Origin: Eledone cirrhosa
Taxonomy: Eukaryota
Direction: 5' to 3'
NCBI GenBank assembly: GCA_964016885.1
Contig: OZ024740.1
Coordinates: 53,444,001-53,508,000 of the forward strand
DNA: 64,000 bases
Shown: positions 26,466-40,933 of the stretch, piece by piece
Numbering within the stretch: position 1 is the stretch's first letter
Layout: the number at the start of each line of letters is the position of its first letter
The notes under the pieces: model-generated
The model's database searches: none
Seen by the model: the letters and a program-made list of their open reading frames with translations, nothing else
Told to the model about the DNA's origin: nothing
Position numbers and translations under genes: made by a program

Positions 26466-26658
26466 AGAGAGAAAATTGAGGTTGGTAATGGCACATGGAA
26501 TATATAAGAGACAGAATACTTTTTTGTGAAAAAACATATAATTTTATAAGGTAAGGAAATAATAAAGGGTATACCTTATAAAATTATATGTTTTTTCACA
26601 AAAAAGTATTCTGTCTCTTATATATTCCATGTGCCATTACCAACCTCAATTTTCTCTA
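26466..26658. repeat. Near-perfect inverted repeat (~85-bp arms) between microsatellites
   Basis: gagaaaattgaggttggtaatggcac...ataaggta / taccttat...ccaacctcaattttctc; resembles ~19135-19170 upstream of the Penelope ORF. Confidence 0.85.
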
Positions 26659-26688
26659 TAACCTTCGTTTTGTGTAGAAAATTACACT

Positions 26689-26753
<65 letters not shown>

Positions 26754-28341
26754 GTGGGGATGTTAAATATTATCGCAAAGTAAAAACAAGTGAATATATC
26801 TGATATATGTAGTTTGAATGATTCTTAACACGAGCGCAGATCATGTAACTTTCGATATATGTGTAACATTTTGAATTTGAAATATTTCATTACCATTTTT
26901 TCTGATTCTACAAATAAATACATTCATTAGACTGGAATGTTAACGACACACGTTAAATAAGATTGAATAATATGTCGAATATGTGTTTAATAACCATGAG
27001 AGTGTTATTTAATCTATAACATGGCTAACGTTATATAAACGTCTAGCTCAAATCATCAAGGCCAGAACTACGTCATTTCTAAACAGCTTCTTATAATATT
27101 TGATAGAAATGATCCCAGTCCGGGAGGTCCTATAGAGAGTGTTGCCATCGAAACATCATTATCAGTACTTTTAAATGTTCTCCGAGAGTGAGAGGAGTGT
27201 AGAAACTCCCCCCTCAAATCAGAGACCTGATCTGAATGGTTGCAACATAATAAATTCCACTAAAATTATCCAAAGAATGGATATTGGTCTCAGACTGGGT
27301 GTTCGATTAAGTCACCCATCCACGAATATGAATAGTCTCCTTGGCGGAGATCCGTCTAAAAAATATCACTCACTGCCGGGTTTCATCGACATGAGCCTAT
27401 GTTTGTAGAGACATGCACACACTTTCACACAGTGAGACAGGATATAAAGCTAGATATCAGCGAAACAAACCTCTTAACCATGCCTGCAACCACAGACATA
27501 CAGACATTTTTAACAACAAGACAAACTTCATCGGGAAGATCTTTTGAATGTACGTCGTAGGATTAAGAGTAAAACTATGTAAAACATGTAACCAGCATCC
27601 ATTTGGTTTAACATCGATGTGTTTTTTTCTCTGTCTTTTTTGTTTGCGTCAGTTCTTTGATACTGCATTACCCACTGTAGCCTCGCTTTTGTAAAGATGG
27701 CGTGTTGGGATTTGAGGGAAGCTTGGCTACTAATTCTTGAAGGTCGTACGACCACGTAAAGAACTCTTCGTTGGCTCATATTCAAATTAGCTTATGTCAC
27801 AATTGATAGTATTATTCTACAACAATGACCTGACTGACTGAATACATAAACAGGTTTTAAAAACATAAATAACTGAACGCTCAAGAGTTCAATTATTTTT
27901 TTAAGTTCATTTACTCATAATAACAACTGATATAGATATATTACCTTCTAGATAATGAGTTTGCACTGAAAGATATTCTGGGTAATCTAGTCTACTCTAT
28001 TTTTAATTAGTTTTAATTAATTTCAGTCTTGATGTTGTCTCCCTTGCCTTTCACGACCAGCATTGATCAATAAGATAACTCTTTTTTTTTTCCTTAACAC
28101 TACAGGTGTCAATTTAATTAATTAAAATTCCTTGTCTCACTACATGATGTATATTAGCGCCCGCTTTAATATTTACCTTCGTTCACTGGGTGTGAACGCC
28201 GGGATAAATATATGCTATACATCTATTACTTCCCGAGTTTGTGTCGAATATGCGTATCTTTATATGCGCGCATGTGCATTTTTGTATGATCACAACAAAA
28301 CTTACCGATACTGCCAATTCATGCCTTTACATGTAAATAAA

Positions 28342-28528
28342 TAATTGTTTCTACTTTTGGCACAAGGCCAACAATTACCCAGTGTATTACTGGTACTTTA
28401 TTTTATCGACCTCATAAGGATGAGAGGCAAAGTTAACCTCGGCGGGATTTGAACTCAGTATGGCAAGGGCCGTAACTCTATGCGTCAAAGCATGGCGTCC
28501 GACCATCTACCGATACTGCCAATCCACC
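28342..28528 (-). mobile_element. tRNA-derived SINE copy
   Basis: Reverse complement of the family at 46739; A box tggcagtatcgg, B box gagttcaaatcc. Confidence 0.8.
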
Positions 28529-28754
28529 AAATAATGAGTTCTAATGTGCATAAGGCTTCACAATTGTATAAAACGAATCGATCACTGTCACAAGATTAGT
28601 ATTTTTGTTTCATCGATAGAAGTGAGATGATGAGAGGCTATGGTTACCCCAGTTAAGTTGAAATCACAACATAGAAGGACGAAATTAAATACAGTAAAAC
28701 ATTGCACTCGCTTATCAACCATTTTGATGACTGAGTAACCTTTTAACAGAAATA

Positions 28755-28903
28755 TTGCAATTTCGACATGTTTTAATATCGGTAAAAATTGGTTAATAGC
28801 CAATGGTATATTGTTGCTATTCATTCCATCGTTTCTTATAGCAACAATATACCACTGGCTATTAACCAATTTTTACCGATATTAAAACATGTTGAAATTG
28901 CAA
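28755..28903. repeat. Hairpin/MITE-like inverted repeat (~66-bp arms)
   Basis: ttgcaatttcgacatg...ttgctat / atagcaa...catgttgaaattgcaa. Confidence 0.8.
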
Positions 28904-30933
28904 AGACAACGCCAGTGGAACTCGGATTCATGTAGAGGAGGAAACTATTGACTGGTATTTTTCCGGGCAAACTACTCTTTGAGTTAATCCAATAATTTCT
29001 TTGAGTTGAAGTTAGGACTTCAAACCGACAAGCTCCTCGTCAATTTCACAACGGTTTTCTTTACCACTAGTTAATACAGGTCTATCATATTACCCTGTAA
29101 TCATTGAAATAAATCAACCTAACCTTTCATAATTGTTTTTGAACAAGGAGATACTAACCAAGGTATTCTTAAATGGATAGTCAGCCTGTAAAATACAGCC
29201 ATCTGTGTAAATGTACAAAGAAATGTCAACATTTTGATTTCTATTCATGATACATGACATAGTAGGCAAATATCTTATTCCCTGCTGTAAAAATTATTTA
29301 CGAAATATAATATGAAACAAGTGTTTGAACAATCGTCAGAGCGTTTGATAATATGCGTTGCACTATAGTTACGGTCTTTTACGATTAAATTCAAATTCTG
29401 CCAAGTTCCACTTTGTCATTCATCGTCCTGGTATCGATAAAATAAAATACTAACTGCACACGGAATCCATTTAATTGATTTAATCGATTATACTCTGCCC
29501 TTATATGTGAGCCGTGCACCAATGTTATAAAGCAATACTAGGGGAACGGAGGGCAAAATCGTTAGAATGTTGGATAAAATGCCTTGCTTTAGTTATTTAC
29601 GGTCTTTACATGTTGATTTTAATCCTTTCAGACTCAACTTCACCCTTCATCCTTTCAAAGCCGTTACAGTAATGTATCATAGAAATACTCGTGTTAATAT
29701 AATCGACAATTTCCTGTAAATATACTTTCTTGAGTCTCTCTTATAACTCCTTTTTATCTGTGTGGTTGATTATCAGAATTGGTAGCGATGGCTAAAATGC
29801 TAAGCGACATATGAATAGAGTCCTTTTACTTTTGCGCCCACACTGCATATGGGGCTTGACTTTCACCCTTCACAGTGGTTGATAAAAAATATATCTAGTC
29901 CGATATCCTGGACTGTACATGTTTTCAAAACTCAGTGTCATATGTGTAGGTATGTTAGAAATTAATATTCGTTGAATGATTATGAGCAGGTATGCATCGC
30001 AGTTCATACTATCATCCTTTTAGGTTCCGAGTTTAAATCCCATTGAGGTCAACTTAATATTGTTTTTAAAAGACATACAAAATAAATACTAGTCAAATAC
30101 TAAGGTTAATTATAGATTATACTTTAGCGACATCTAAAATGTCAGGAATTCGTCCTGATTAAGATACTAATTTCACCTGAATGAGGGTATCTGAGCTGCA
30201 TTACAACATTTCAATTAATTCATCTCGGCTGGAGTTTAACACACGCCAGTATCGAAACATTCAGCCCACATGGGTCGATAAAAAAAATCGAACCCAAATT
30301 GTTAACTTGGTTTGTTGGGAGTTTAATCTCACTCTATGGCGCTTATATGAGTGAACTATACCCCAGTCAAAGTTTGCTATTGGCCACCCCGCTAATAAAA
30401 AATTATAATTAAAATATGTTATTTGTGGAGATATCTAAGATTGAACACATTTTACTTCAGCAGTTAGAATAAATGATATACCGCTAGGTATGACCAAACT
30501 CATTACCAGATGCTGTAGCAGATGTCCTACCAGATGTCATAGCTTATACAATATGTTAATGCAAGCTTTTGTACCAAGTGAAGAATAAATATTATACCAG
30601 ATGTTCAAATGCAATATTATGACACCAGATTTTTACTTTGATAATATGATGAGTTATATTCCATGATCTTAACAGATGTTTTATTAATATTTCCTCCAGA
30701 GTTTTACACAAGTCTGTGATATTTTAAAAAAACATTTTTTTTCTGATAGGCCAGGAGGATTTTTGTTTTGAGTCGTAAAAATTTGAATAATTGAAAATTT
30801 CTGAATTTCAAATATAACAACTCTGAAAAATTAACCATAAAATGATATTTAGAAATTAGCTAATTAGTTTTTAAATGAAAAAGTGGAGTGGCCGAATGAA
30901 TAAGATATTGGACTACAACCTCAAAAGTCGTGT

Positions 30934-30967
<34 letters not shown>

Positions 30968-31720
30968 CAACTACTGCCATTTCAGCACACAAGGCACTTT
31001 ATTGTGTACATTATGTTTAATTTAATTATGTTTAATGTCATTATAATCCTGAAGGTTAATTTTTGCCTTTCATCCTGACGGGGTCGATGAAATAAAGTAC
31101 CAGTAATGTACTGGATAATTGCTGGCCTTGTGCCAAAAAGTAGAAACAATTATAATCCTGAAGGAATTACATTGAGCGGTGGTTAGCTACGGTACTAAGC
31201 AAATGTAATAAAAACACCAATTGTGACATTTGCAATAAATATATTTGTGAACTGGTAGATTAAACGAGGCATATGAAATTGATTCTGATATTAAGACGAA
31301 AGAGAGAACGAAGTACTTGTATTGAGTAAGAACATAAAGACTGGCGCTCCTCTACTATATTTATTGATATCAATAAAGAGAGCAGATCTACGCTCAGTTA
31401 CACATAAAACAGAACAGATCAGCTATGATTTGAATTATCTTAATATATAAAACGAAATATAGGGAAGGCTGGGAAAAGACAAAGGTAAGAAATAACGGGA
31501 ATAATCAGAGATGAGGAAAGAGGAAAGATAGAACTATATAATAGAGAGGAACAATGAGAGAGGTGATGATTAAGATGCAGAGATATGGATAGTAGAACAA
31601 TAATAGAAATAATGATGGAGGTAGAGAGAGGAGAGTAAGTGTCGGAAAGATAGAAAGAGAGGGAGAGTGTAGACAGAGACAAAGTGAGGAGAGAGTGTAG
31701 AGAGAGAGAGAGGGAGAGAA

Positions 31721-31792
<72 letters not shown>

Positions 31793-31942
31793 TGAGAGTA
31801 AAATTCATATATATACGTGTGTGGGGTAGTCTGTTACAGATAGAGACATACTTTAATTGATAGCGAAACACACACACACACACACACTCACCCACACATA
31901 AATATGTGCCTCGGCGTATGTGCAAAAAAATATTTCAACGAC

Positions 31943-32215
31943 GCTACGTGCCATGCTGTGACACGTTCTTCGCCTCCAACTTAGTCACTTCGGCCAGAAG
32001 CCACGGTACCGCAGACCATAATGCAGAAGACAGGAAGACAACTAAATACCGGGGCTTATCCGGCCGCTTTCTCTTTGCACCGGTCACCGTCGAGATCTCA
32101 GGAACCTTCCGTAAAATCAGAACGTCACCAGCCTGTCTAAGGAAAGAGCCTCGCCAGTTGGGGTAGTTGTTGCTACGGATGTCATTGACTATTGTCCACG
32201 GAAATACCTTTGCGC
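31943..32215 (+). mobile_element. Decayed 3' fragment of an RLE-type non-LTR retrotransposon (same family as 37358)
   Basis: CCDTFFASNL..AEDRKTTKYRGL..FAPVTVE..RKEPR; followed by a pyrimidine tract and (TA)n. Confidence 0.75.
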
Positions 32216-32364
32216 CTTTGTCCGCGAAGTGCAGCCGAAACACCGGCCAGACCTAGGCACAGAGACTGTCAACCCCACCCCTTCCCTTTCTCTTTCTCTT
32301 GTTGTCTAATAGCCCTTGTATTTACCCTACTTTTCTTCACATTTATGACATTTATAGCTCTTTC

Positions 32365-32419
<55 letters not shown>

Positions 32420-32432
32420 CATTTATATATAT

Positions 32433-32499
<67 letters not shown>

Positions 32500-32500
32500 C

Positions 32501-32566
<66 letters not shown>

Positions 32567-33386
32567 GTATGTATGTATGTATGACCCCTTAGCCTTTGTT
32601 AAGGCAGAATTCTAGGAGAAGGAAAACTCTGATATAACACCTGCAACCCTGATGGTATCCAATGATGTTGACTTGTTATTCTTTTTGGTAAATATCATCT
32701 TGGTTAAGAGAGTGGGACTGACTTTGTGCAGTGCCTTTGCTCACTATAAAAGCTTCACGGCACAGGCATTGCTTTATATCTGGAGATCTCTCTGCACTTG
32801 TCGTCACATGGTACCATGGGCCCAGCACTATGTGTCAATAATTGTCACAACTGTAGTGTTTGTACCAGAGTTTCCATGTCGCTGGCTGGACTAAAAAGTC
32901 ACACTCGTTCAGCGCATCGGTAGGGGTTCTCCTACATGGATATAAAGTAGTGGCCCTACTCGAAAACGAGTTGGCAGCCACCATGTATGTATGTATGTAT
33001 ATATGCAAATAAGCAAGTAGGACCATGAAATACATAAATCTGAACGTGTCCCATGTACGTCAATACTCATCATTTTTCCCATTCAGAGGATTTCTTAATA
33101 TCTCAGCTAACAGTCTAATTTTATTTAGTCAAATACGGCGTAAGCACATGTTAGTACCTAATTTTCTAATTCGCTAGCCGTTTGTACACAGAGCCTGCTT
33201 TATGTCTCCCTATTTATATACATATATATATATATATAGTGAATTAGCCGTCGAAACGGCTTGAGCTCAGCTGTCGGGGTCTTACTGGTTCCTATTACCC
33301 ACTCTACTACCTCAAGTATTGAGTACTTTGGTGCGTTATGGTCCACCTGGTTCCTTACCACATTTCCTTCGTTATATATATATACA

Positions 33387-33730
33387 CTAGCTGACGTACC
33401 CAGCCTCGCCTGGGTAAACAGATGATAAGAGAAGACAGGTAAAAGAGAAAATGACTGATTTGGATGTTTGTCTGGTTACAGTATGAGGCGAGTTCGTGGT
33501 GTCTGTGTGATACAGAAAACGATAAAAAAAAATCTTCCAGATATACCAGATTCTTCGTTGTACCGTCCGTTTGTGCATAGTATATGAACAATTCTAGAAT
33601 AGTGACCTCTAGGAGATGGTTCATCTTCTGCCTGACTGTAAAACGTGTATCATTGCATAGACGTTGTTGTTCCACGTTTCTCAAAAGGATGATGGAAGTT
33701 CCAATCTTTTATATTATATGTAGATATAGA
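33387..33730 (-). mobile_element. Short non-autonomous Helitron
   Basis: Minus strand A|TCtatatc 5' end; hairpin acccaggcgaggctgggt followed by CTAG|T 3' end. Confidence 0.65.
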
Positions 33731-34550
33731 TTTAAATAATTAATATAAAAGATGATGCTCAGCCAGTTTGTCTTCAACCATCACAGCACGCCATCGCTGC
33801 TTGGCTCCAGTGTTTCGTTGGCATTTTTCAGCCAGCTCCTCTTATTGATGGCGGCACGTCTTCGCCTCTGAAGTTCGGCGTTCCAATGGCGCTGTTCGGC
33901 CCGTTTTTCTTCATTCCTGACTGCACGCCGTCGCCACTGTAGTTCACTGTTTGATAAAGCCGAATTGCTTTTATTATCAGTATTCATTTCGAGCAATTGT
34001 CAAAAAATGACACAATAATAAATATAAAAGATGTCTGTCAATGTAAAAAAAGGTCCCTATTTACTCCCTTCACAACTCTGTGTATGTTAGACTGACAGAC
34101 AGACACACAGACAGATAAACTGCGTGGCGATTGTGGAACGCCCCACGTACACACACATACACGCATGGAAACGCGCATACGCACGCAAACTTACACACAC
34201 TTACACACTCACACATGTTGATAGTTTTTACTTTTTGTGGAACGCTGCACGTACGCACACACACATAAACATACGCGCACGTACATACACACGCACACAT
34301 GGTAATAGTTACAGCATTCACTTTGCCTCTCTGTTTCTTACTCTCCCCTGTCACTCCCTCATTGGCATTATGCGTATTAATTTAAAGTTGGCGTCGTTGA
34401 GGTGGGCTGAGTCGTTTGAAACCTATGAACCAATGATAATCGAGAATTATGGCACACGGAATATTGACGTTGTTGAAATTAATATATAGATATATATATA
34501 TATACCTGCTATGGTTATATAGCTTCCAATTGAATAACAGAAAGCACGGG

Positions 34551-34622
34551 AGGCGTGTTGGTGTAATGGTAACACGTTGGACTGGCAAACCAAAGATGTG
34601 GGTTCGTGACCGATGTAAGTCA
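34551..34622 (+). mobile_element. tRNA-like SINE head (not a functional tRNA)
   Basis: A box tggtgtaatgg and B box ggttcgtgacc; no complete acceptor stem. Confidence 0.45.
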
Positions 34623-36840
34623 ATACTCATCCATTTTCCCATTCAGATGTTTTTTTTAAAATCCCAACTAACAGACTAATTCTATTTAGTCAAATATATA
34701 TATATATTACTACCTAATATATATATATATATATTATATATTATAACATGTGTTTACGCCGTATTAGACTATGTGTGTGTGTGTGTATATATATATAAAT
34801 ATATATATAATTGTTTGACAATAATTTTCTTGTTCCTATATTTACTGTGTATTTTACTTACAGTTAATATCATCATACACACAACACACACATACATACA
34901 CACACTCACACACATTGCCCGCATTCACATGAGAAATTATCAATTCCAATTTCTACTATTCAAACTTTTTATTTGCTTAATTTTATTGATTATTGGAGGA
35001 ATTGTACTCAATTTCTAAACATTCCACCCGGAAACGAGAGAAATAATTGACCAATAGTAATATGACTGATCCAAAGGTTTGTATACTGTTTCTATGTAAA
35101 CAATAGTATGAAATATCTTGTAATAGAATTGCTGTAATAAATTCTGTTTTTTCACGTCATATTTTATTAATCCATTATGAATTTGTTTTAATTCTGAATG
35201 GCAAAACCTTCATTTTGACCAGTACTGGCGGGAGTGGAGTAGATAGGTATCCTTAAACCAGATACATCTTCCAAAAGCTTGCAAGGGAATAAACTCCAGT
35301 AAAGGCTCCAAGGGTCATGTGGTAGTATTTGAGGGACAGTGGTTTACATCTAACACTCATGTAGGTTAAAGTGGCATTTGACAGCAGAATGGGACAAATA
35401 TTCAAAGGCATTTCATTGGAGACTCTCACAAAATAATTGGAGCAATCTACTTCCCTGGATCATTACTTTATTTTATTGACCTTAAATGGATGCAACGCAA
35501 AGTTTTTCATAATGGTATTTGAACTGAAAGGGCAGAATTGGAAGAGATATCACAATACATTTTGTTCGAAGATTTAACGACTGTGTTAATGGCCCGAGTG
35601 ATGGAAGACTGAATGAATATCAAATCTGGAAATTCCTTCCTTAAATATGTATAAAATGAGGAAATTAGTTAAATATTATGGGAATTAGTATCGTAAATAT
35701 GGATACACTTGAAACAGTATGTCGACGTTACGTTTTAGCTAAATACTTGTCTCCTGTGTTTAATGTGACTTATTTATATGCCTGGGTTATACGAACTCCA
35801 CCAAAAGCATTGGTTTCCTTCAATAAATCTAGACTAAACCGTCTTGATGGGGCAGTTCTCTATATAAGTTGAATATCATAGTTCAACCAACTCCTGCATA
35901 ATAACAAAACACTCACACGACAATTCGGCCTCATACTGCTTACAGCGACAAGCTGTATCATCTATGGTCAATACTTATTGTTTAACCAACTTGGTAGCTC
36001 AGTCTATAAAATGTACCCATCATATTTCCATCATAAAAACATACCATCTTCAAAAAAGGAAATGCACATTGGTTAATGTACTCCCAGAAATGTATGCTTT
36101 TTGATAATAGGTCAGTTCAATCAGAGCTGGCACTTGGCTAAACTATAACATGCTGCTATGTGGAGTCTTTCACTTGATGATTCTATCACAGTCTCTATCA
36201 GCTCTATCTCCAGTGGAATATATTTCGTTTCAACCATGAAACTATTCTATGAGTTTGTGGGTTCCATTTTTTCTAATGTTATTATAGCTACAAGTCAAAT
36301 GCCAGAAGGATGGCCAAATTGCTATCCTTACAGTTGTTTTTCTCTCAGTTTCACTAAAGTAATTTAGTGAGTTTACTAACCATGTCATGGGTAGGGACCA
36401 AAGGCAAAAGCAAATTGGCTAGTGTTTAGTGTAAATCTTTCACTTTGTGAACTACCCTTTATAGACAGAGGAGAGAATGAAAATAAAACAATTCTCACGG
36501 TTTGGTAGAGGCGAAATGATCATGTGTCAATTCATATAGCTGCCGTGAAACTACTAGATTAGCTAGGTATGTATCGCGTAAAAGATTGTTGTCTGCTAAA
36601 TTTATCTCTTATTCTATTCAAACTATGACCACAGAGGAAAGTACTCCTTGAGGCTAAAACGTCTTTGGGGCAAAGAAATCTTCGAAGCTAAACAAAAAGT
36701 AGATATTAGGTAGCTTACTTTTCCAAGTTTGTATCTTGTTGCGTTCGACATGACATTTTACTTCTCCAGGCTTAATAAAATACAAACCGGTTAAATAGTA
36801 AGGTCGATTAATCCACATTATATTTCTTTTACTGGTATTA

Positions 36841-37020
36841 TTGGCAGTATCGGTAGAGGATCGGACGCCATGCTTTCCAGCATAGTTACGTCCCTTTACG
36901 ATCTGAGTTCAAATCCCGCCGAGGTTGACTTTGCCTTTCATCTTTACGGGGTCGATAAAATAAAGTACCAGTAATGCACTGGGTAATTGCTGGCCTTGTG
37001 TCTAAAGTAGAAACAATTAT
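36841..37020 (+). mobile_element. tRNA-derived SINE copy
   Basis: tggcagtatcgg..gagttcaaatcc..gcctttcatc.ttacggggtcgataaaataaagtaccag..agaaacaattat. Confidence 0.85.
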
Positions 37021-37357
37021 ATTTCTTTTACTGGCCTCGTGTAGTGTGAAAAGGAAAGAATAGTAAAATAGTTGTGTTGTGTTTTGCTCTCAGCATTATG
37101 CTTGAAGCAAAGAACTGAATACATCCGCCGTAGGTCATGGTTTACAGCATATTGCGAACTTTTATATTATACAGATCAAATTCATTCAATGCAAATATTA
37201 TGTTTTATATAATATTTGTATCAATTTTATCTTTAACTGACGTTCTATATCGTAGCTTCATTTTGAAAACCGTTTTAAGCCATTTATAGTTTGCGTTTTA
37301 TCGCAGATATAGTGATATTTCTGAAGATTTCTATTTTATTGTAATCTGCTAACTATC

Positions 37358-37861
37358 CCCCGACACGCCGTTCTCAACGAAATATTAAGAAGAAGCCTGG
37401 ACGCAACTGGCTTTCCATCTCAACTGGAGCCAGCAGATCTAGACCGCGGAGATGGCAAGCGCCCCGACGGAATCCCCTTCTTCCCATTCGAAGGAGGTAG
37501 ATCCCTCATCTGCGTGGCCACCTGCTGCGACACGTTCTCCGCCTCCAACTTAGTCGCTTCGGCCACCAACCCCGGCTTTGCGGCCTGTCTCGCAGAAGAA
37601 CGTAGGATAAACAAATGCCGGGGTTTGTCTATCCGCTTCTTCTTTGCACCAATCGCCGTCGAGACCTCAGGCGTACTTGGACCCTGTACTGCCGAGCACC
37701 TCCGCAAGATCGGAGCGTCGGTGGTTCGTCTGAGGAAGGAGCCCCGCGAGGTTGGGTGGCTGTTGCAGCGGGTGTCACTGGCCATCGTACGCGGGAATGC
37801 TTTTGCCGTCTTGTCCAAGGGCACAGTACTCATGCCCTCTTGCCTTAGACCCAAAGCCTAA
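37358..37861 (+). mobile_element. 5'-truncated CRE-like non-LTR retrotransposon, restriction-like endonuclease domain
   Basis: Open frame RHAVLNEILRRSL..LEP..DGKRPDG..ATCCDT..AEE.R..K..FAPIAVETSG..LLQRVSLAIVRGNA (PD..D RLE motif). Confidence 0.85.
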
Positions 37862-38474
37862 TCACCCTCCCCTTCACCCCCCTCGTCTGCGACACCAGAG
37901 CTCTTGCCACCCCCTCCCCTTCCCTTCTTTTTCTTCTTTCTTTCTCTCTTTTTTCTCTATATTTCACTATTCTTTCTTTCATTTTGTTTTACTTTTATTT
38001 ATTATTTCCGTCATTATAGTTGTCATTATTGACACCTTGCTTTGAAGCCTAAAGTTGTGGCCCTTTACATTCTGAGTTCAAATCCCAGTGAGGTTAACAT
38101 TGCCTTTCATCCTTACGGGGTCGATAAAATATAGTACCAGTCACGCACTGGGTTCGTTTTAATCGACTTTCCCCTCCCCCAAAATGGCTGGCCTTGTGCC
38201 TATATAAGAAACCATTATTATTTTTATGTCAGGTCACTCTTGAGTGCTACTGGTAACATGTAAACCAGTACAACCTGTCGCATGGTCAGCTCGTTGGTGA
38301 CTAAACTGGCAACCCCACCAAGTTTACTTGGTGAGGAGGGTGATTTTGGACACTCTGCAGGACAAAAAACAAAACCTGACAAAGGGCGGAAGAGTCAACG
38401 GCCATCCAAAAATATGTAAATATGTATATATACACATGTACATATGTATGTATATGTATATGCGTGTGTATATA

Positions 38475-39170
38475 CCTGGAGTGTCAGGCAGGAGCATGTA
38501 CCTCTGTAGGGAGGGCTAGCCATGCCCTTTTCAGGACAGCGCGTCCTGCATTGGGTCTCACCTGACACTCAGCTCTCACCTGTGGCCCCAAGAAGCTGTA
38601 GCATGCGACAGCATCCACACCCCGGTAAACCGCATTGGCTGACGGACCGAACCAGGTTGAGGGTAGCCGGGCGGATCTGAAACCTCCCGGTGAGTTAGAT
38701 AGGGGATGCCTGCCTCTGCATGCGAAGACTGGACTCGGCGGAGTGAGTGGAGAAGGACAACATCGTCCCAACGGTTACAAAGGCGGCGACAGCAAGCGAT
38801 GTGGAGCGCTAAGGCACGGCAAGGCACTACAGACGTCGTGGCCATCCACTGCAGCCAAGGAACTCCCTGGTTGTGACGGTCCTCCGTACCACCGGATTCT
38901 GGCTTCTGCGGCCGAGTGAGTGGGACCGTCACTGTGCACTGGCCCTCCTACTAAAACCTTTCCCGCACAGGTTTCTTCTTTAGCGTGCACTCCCAAAGCC
39001 CTGCGGCGATGGGCGGGAGATGGAGTTAACAGGTAGAGGTAACCTCTGGGATTTGCCAGTCTGACTCCGGTCTCTTCCTCTGCCTCCACTGTCCCCGAAC
39101 CTGCAATTCAATGATCGGCCTCCACAGCCACCTTCGTGCCCACGTAGACGGGAACAACAATAAAGAAGAT
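38475..39170 (+). mobile_element. Non-autonomous RTE-type derivative: GC-rich 5'-UTR-like part fused to the extreme ORF 3' end
   Basis: 39075-39143 encodes FLCLHCPRTCNSMIGLHSHLRAH (C2H2 C-terminus typical of RTE ORFs); no RT or endonuclease coding upstream. Confidence 0.6.
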
Positions 39171-39699
39171 GGCTAACCAAGATTATTTTTATTGTTGTTA
39201 CTGTAAATAATATCATGTTTATACAATATCATATGTGGGTCTGACTTCTCAGCTGCTAAATTTTTCGTTTATATTCTTGGTGCTGAAGATTACATACATT
39301 AATATCACTCTGACCACAATTTGTTATACACTATTAAGAATCTCAAATGGAATGTTGTGTAAGAAATGAAAAAAAATATGGTAATCTCCAGGTAAATGAT
39401 TTCTCCCAATGGTGCTTCTGTTTACGTCATTGAATATCAATTACTTCTCATACCGAGAATTTCCACACAGTTTATATCATAAAGAAGATAGAATAAACCT
39501 CACTATCGTGCGATCAACAAAACCATTGATAACGAATTCGTGAAAACACAACATGCCGTTATTAATAATGTATTAACTCTGTATAGATTCGAAATTGTCA
39601 CGAAAGATTCAATGTGCTGTATCATTGAGCAAGCTGCATATATATATATATATGTATGTATGTGTTTATATATATATATATAATTGAAAAAAATGAAGA

Positions 39700-40480
39700 A
39701 TAACGATATGTGCTTTCACGATTCTCTAGAGAGGCCGGAAGATAGGTAAATATTGCTGATGAGATGTAACAACATCGAAACAAGTTCAATATTCCTTGCC
39801 TGGCTTTCTGGAGAATAGAGGAAAGGTGTTTCCTCAAAAACCAGTATGACTCTAAAAACCGGTTTGTCTGTGTGTTTACATACAGAATAGCTGGACACTC
39901 ACAGTAAAGTGACCAGTGAAAAACTCGGTACATCTACATATGTATACGTGTGTGTATTCATATGCATACTAGTATTTCAGTATACATATGTGGATGTACA
40001 TTTTTAACTTAATTGTTTAAGCGTCAGTCATACAAAAGTGAGTTACAAATGAAACGAAATTTAATTTCGTTTCGTTATTTGTTTTTATCGTCTCCGTTGA
40101 ACTGGTACGTACTCACGCTCTATGCAAATTAGTCTGCCCACTACTAATTTTCATAGAAAAAGCATATAACGATATGTGCTTTCACGATTCTCTAGAGAGG
40201 CCGGAAGATAGGTAAATATTGCTGATGAGATGTAACAACATCGAAACTAGTTCAATATTCCTTGCCTGGCTTTCTGGAGAATAGAGGAAAGGTGTTTCCT
40301 CAAAAACCAGTATGACTCTAAAAACCGGTTTGTCTGTGTGTTTACATACAGAATAGCTGGACACTCACAGTAAAGTGACCAGTGAAAAACTCGGTACATC
40401 TACATATGTATACGTGTGTGTATTCATATGCATACTAGTATTTCAGTATACATATGTGGATGTACATTTTTAACTTAATT
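39700..40480 (+). mobile_element. pLTR/retrozyme-like partial tandem (466-bp period) with two HHRs
   Basis: 39700-40013 repeats at 40166-40480; flanked by (TA)n. Confidence 0.8.
39749..39793 (+). ncRNA. Minimal type I hammerhead ribozyme, GUU site; second copy at 40215-40259
   Basis: aatattg-CTGATGA-gatg(taacaa)catc-GAAAC-(a/t)a-GTT-caatatt; 7-bp stem I; the second copy has palindromic actagt. Confidence 0.85.
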
Positions 40481-40571
40481 ATATAATTATATATATATAT
40501 ATATATAATTATATATATATATATATATATAATTATATATATATATATATATATAATTATATATATATATA

Positions 40572-40609
<38 letters not shown>

Positions 40610-40627
40610 TATATATATATATATATA

Positions 40628-40663
<36 letters not shown>

Positions 40664-40679
40664 TATATATATATATATA

Positions 40680-40717
<38 letters not shown>

Positions 40718-40877
40718 TATATATATATATATATAATTATATATATATATATATATATATATAATTATATATATATATATATATAATTATATATATATAT
40801 ATATATATATATAATTATATATATATATATAATTATATATATATATATATATATATAATTATATATATATATATATA

Positions 40878-40933
<56 letters not shown>

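Noticed and set aside
27528-27785. Tc1 transposase remnant (KARLQW-like motif, minus strand)
   Set aside because: Too degenerate; no TIRs or DDE motifs confidently seen
33781-33996. R/E-rich minus-strand ORF as a gene
   Set aside because: Short internally repetitive fragment, at most a Helitron N-terminal remnant; no diagnostic motif
34551-34622. Functional tRNA gene
   Set aside because: A/B boxes are present but acceptor and T stems do not close; more likely a SINE head
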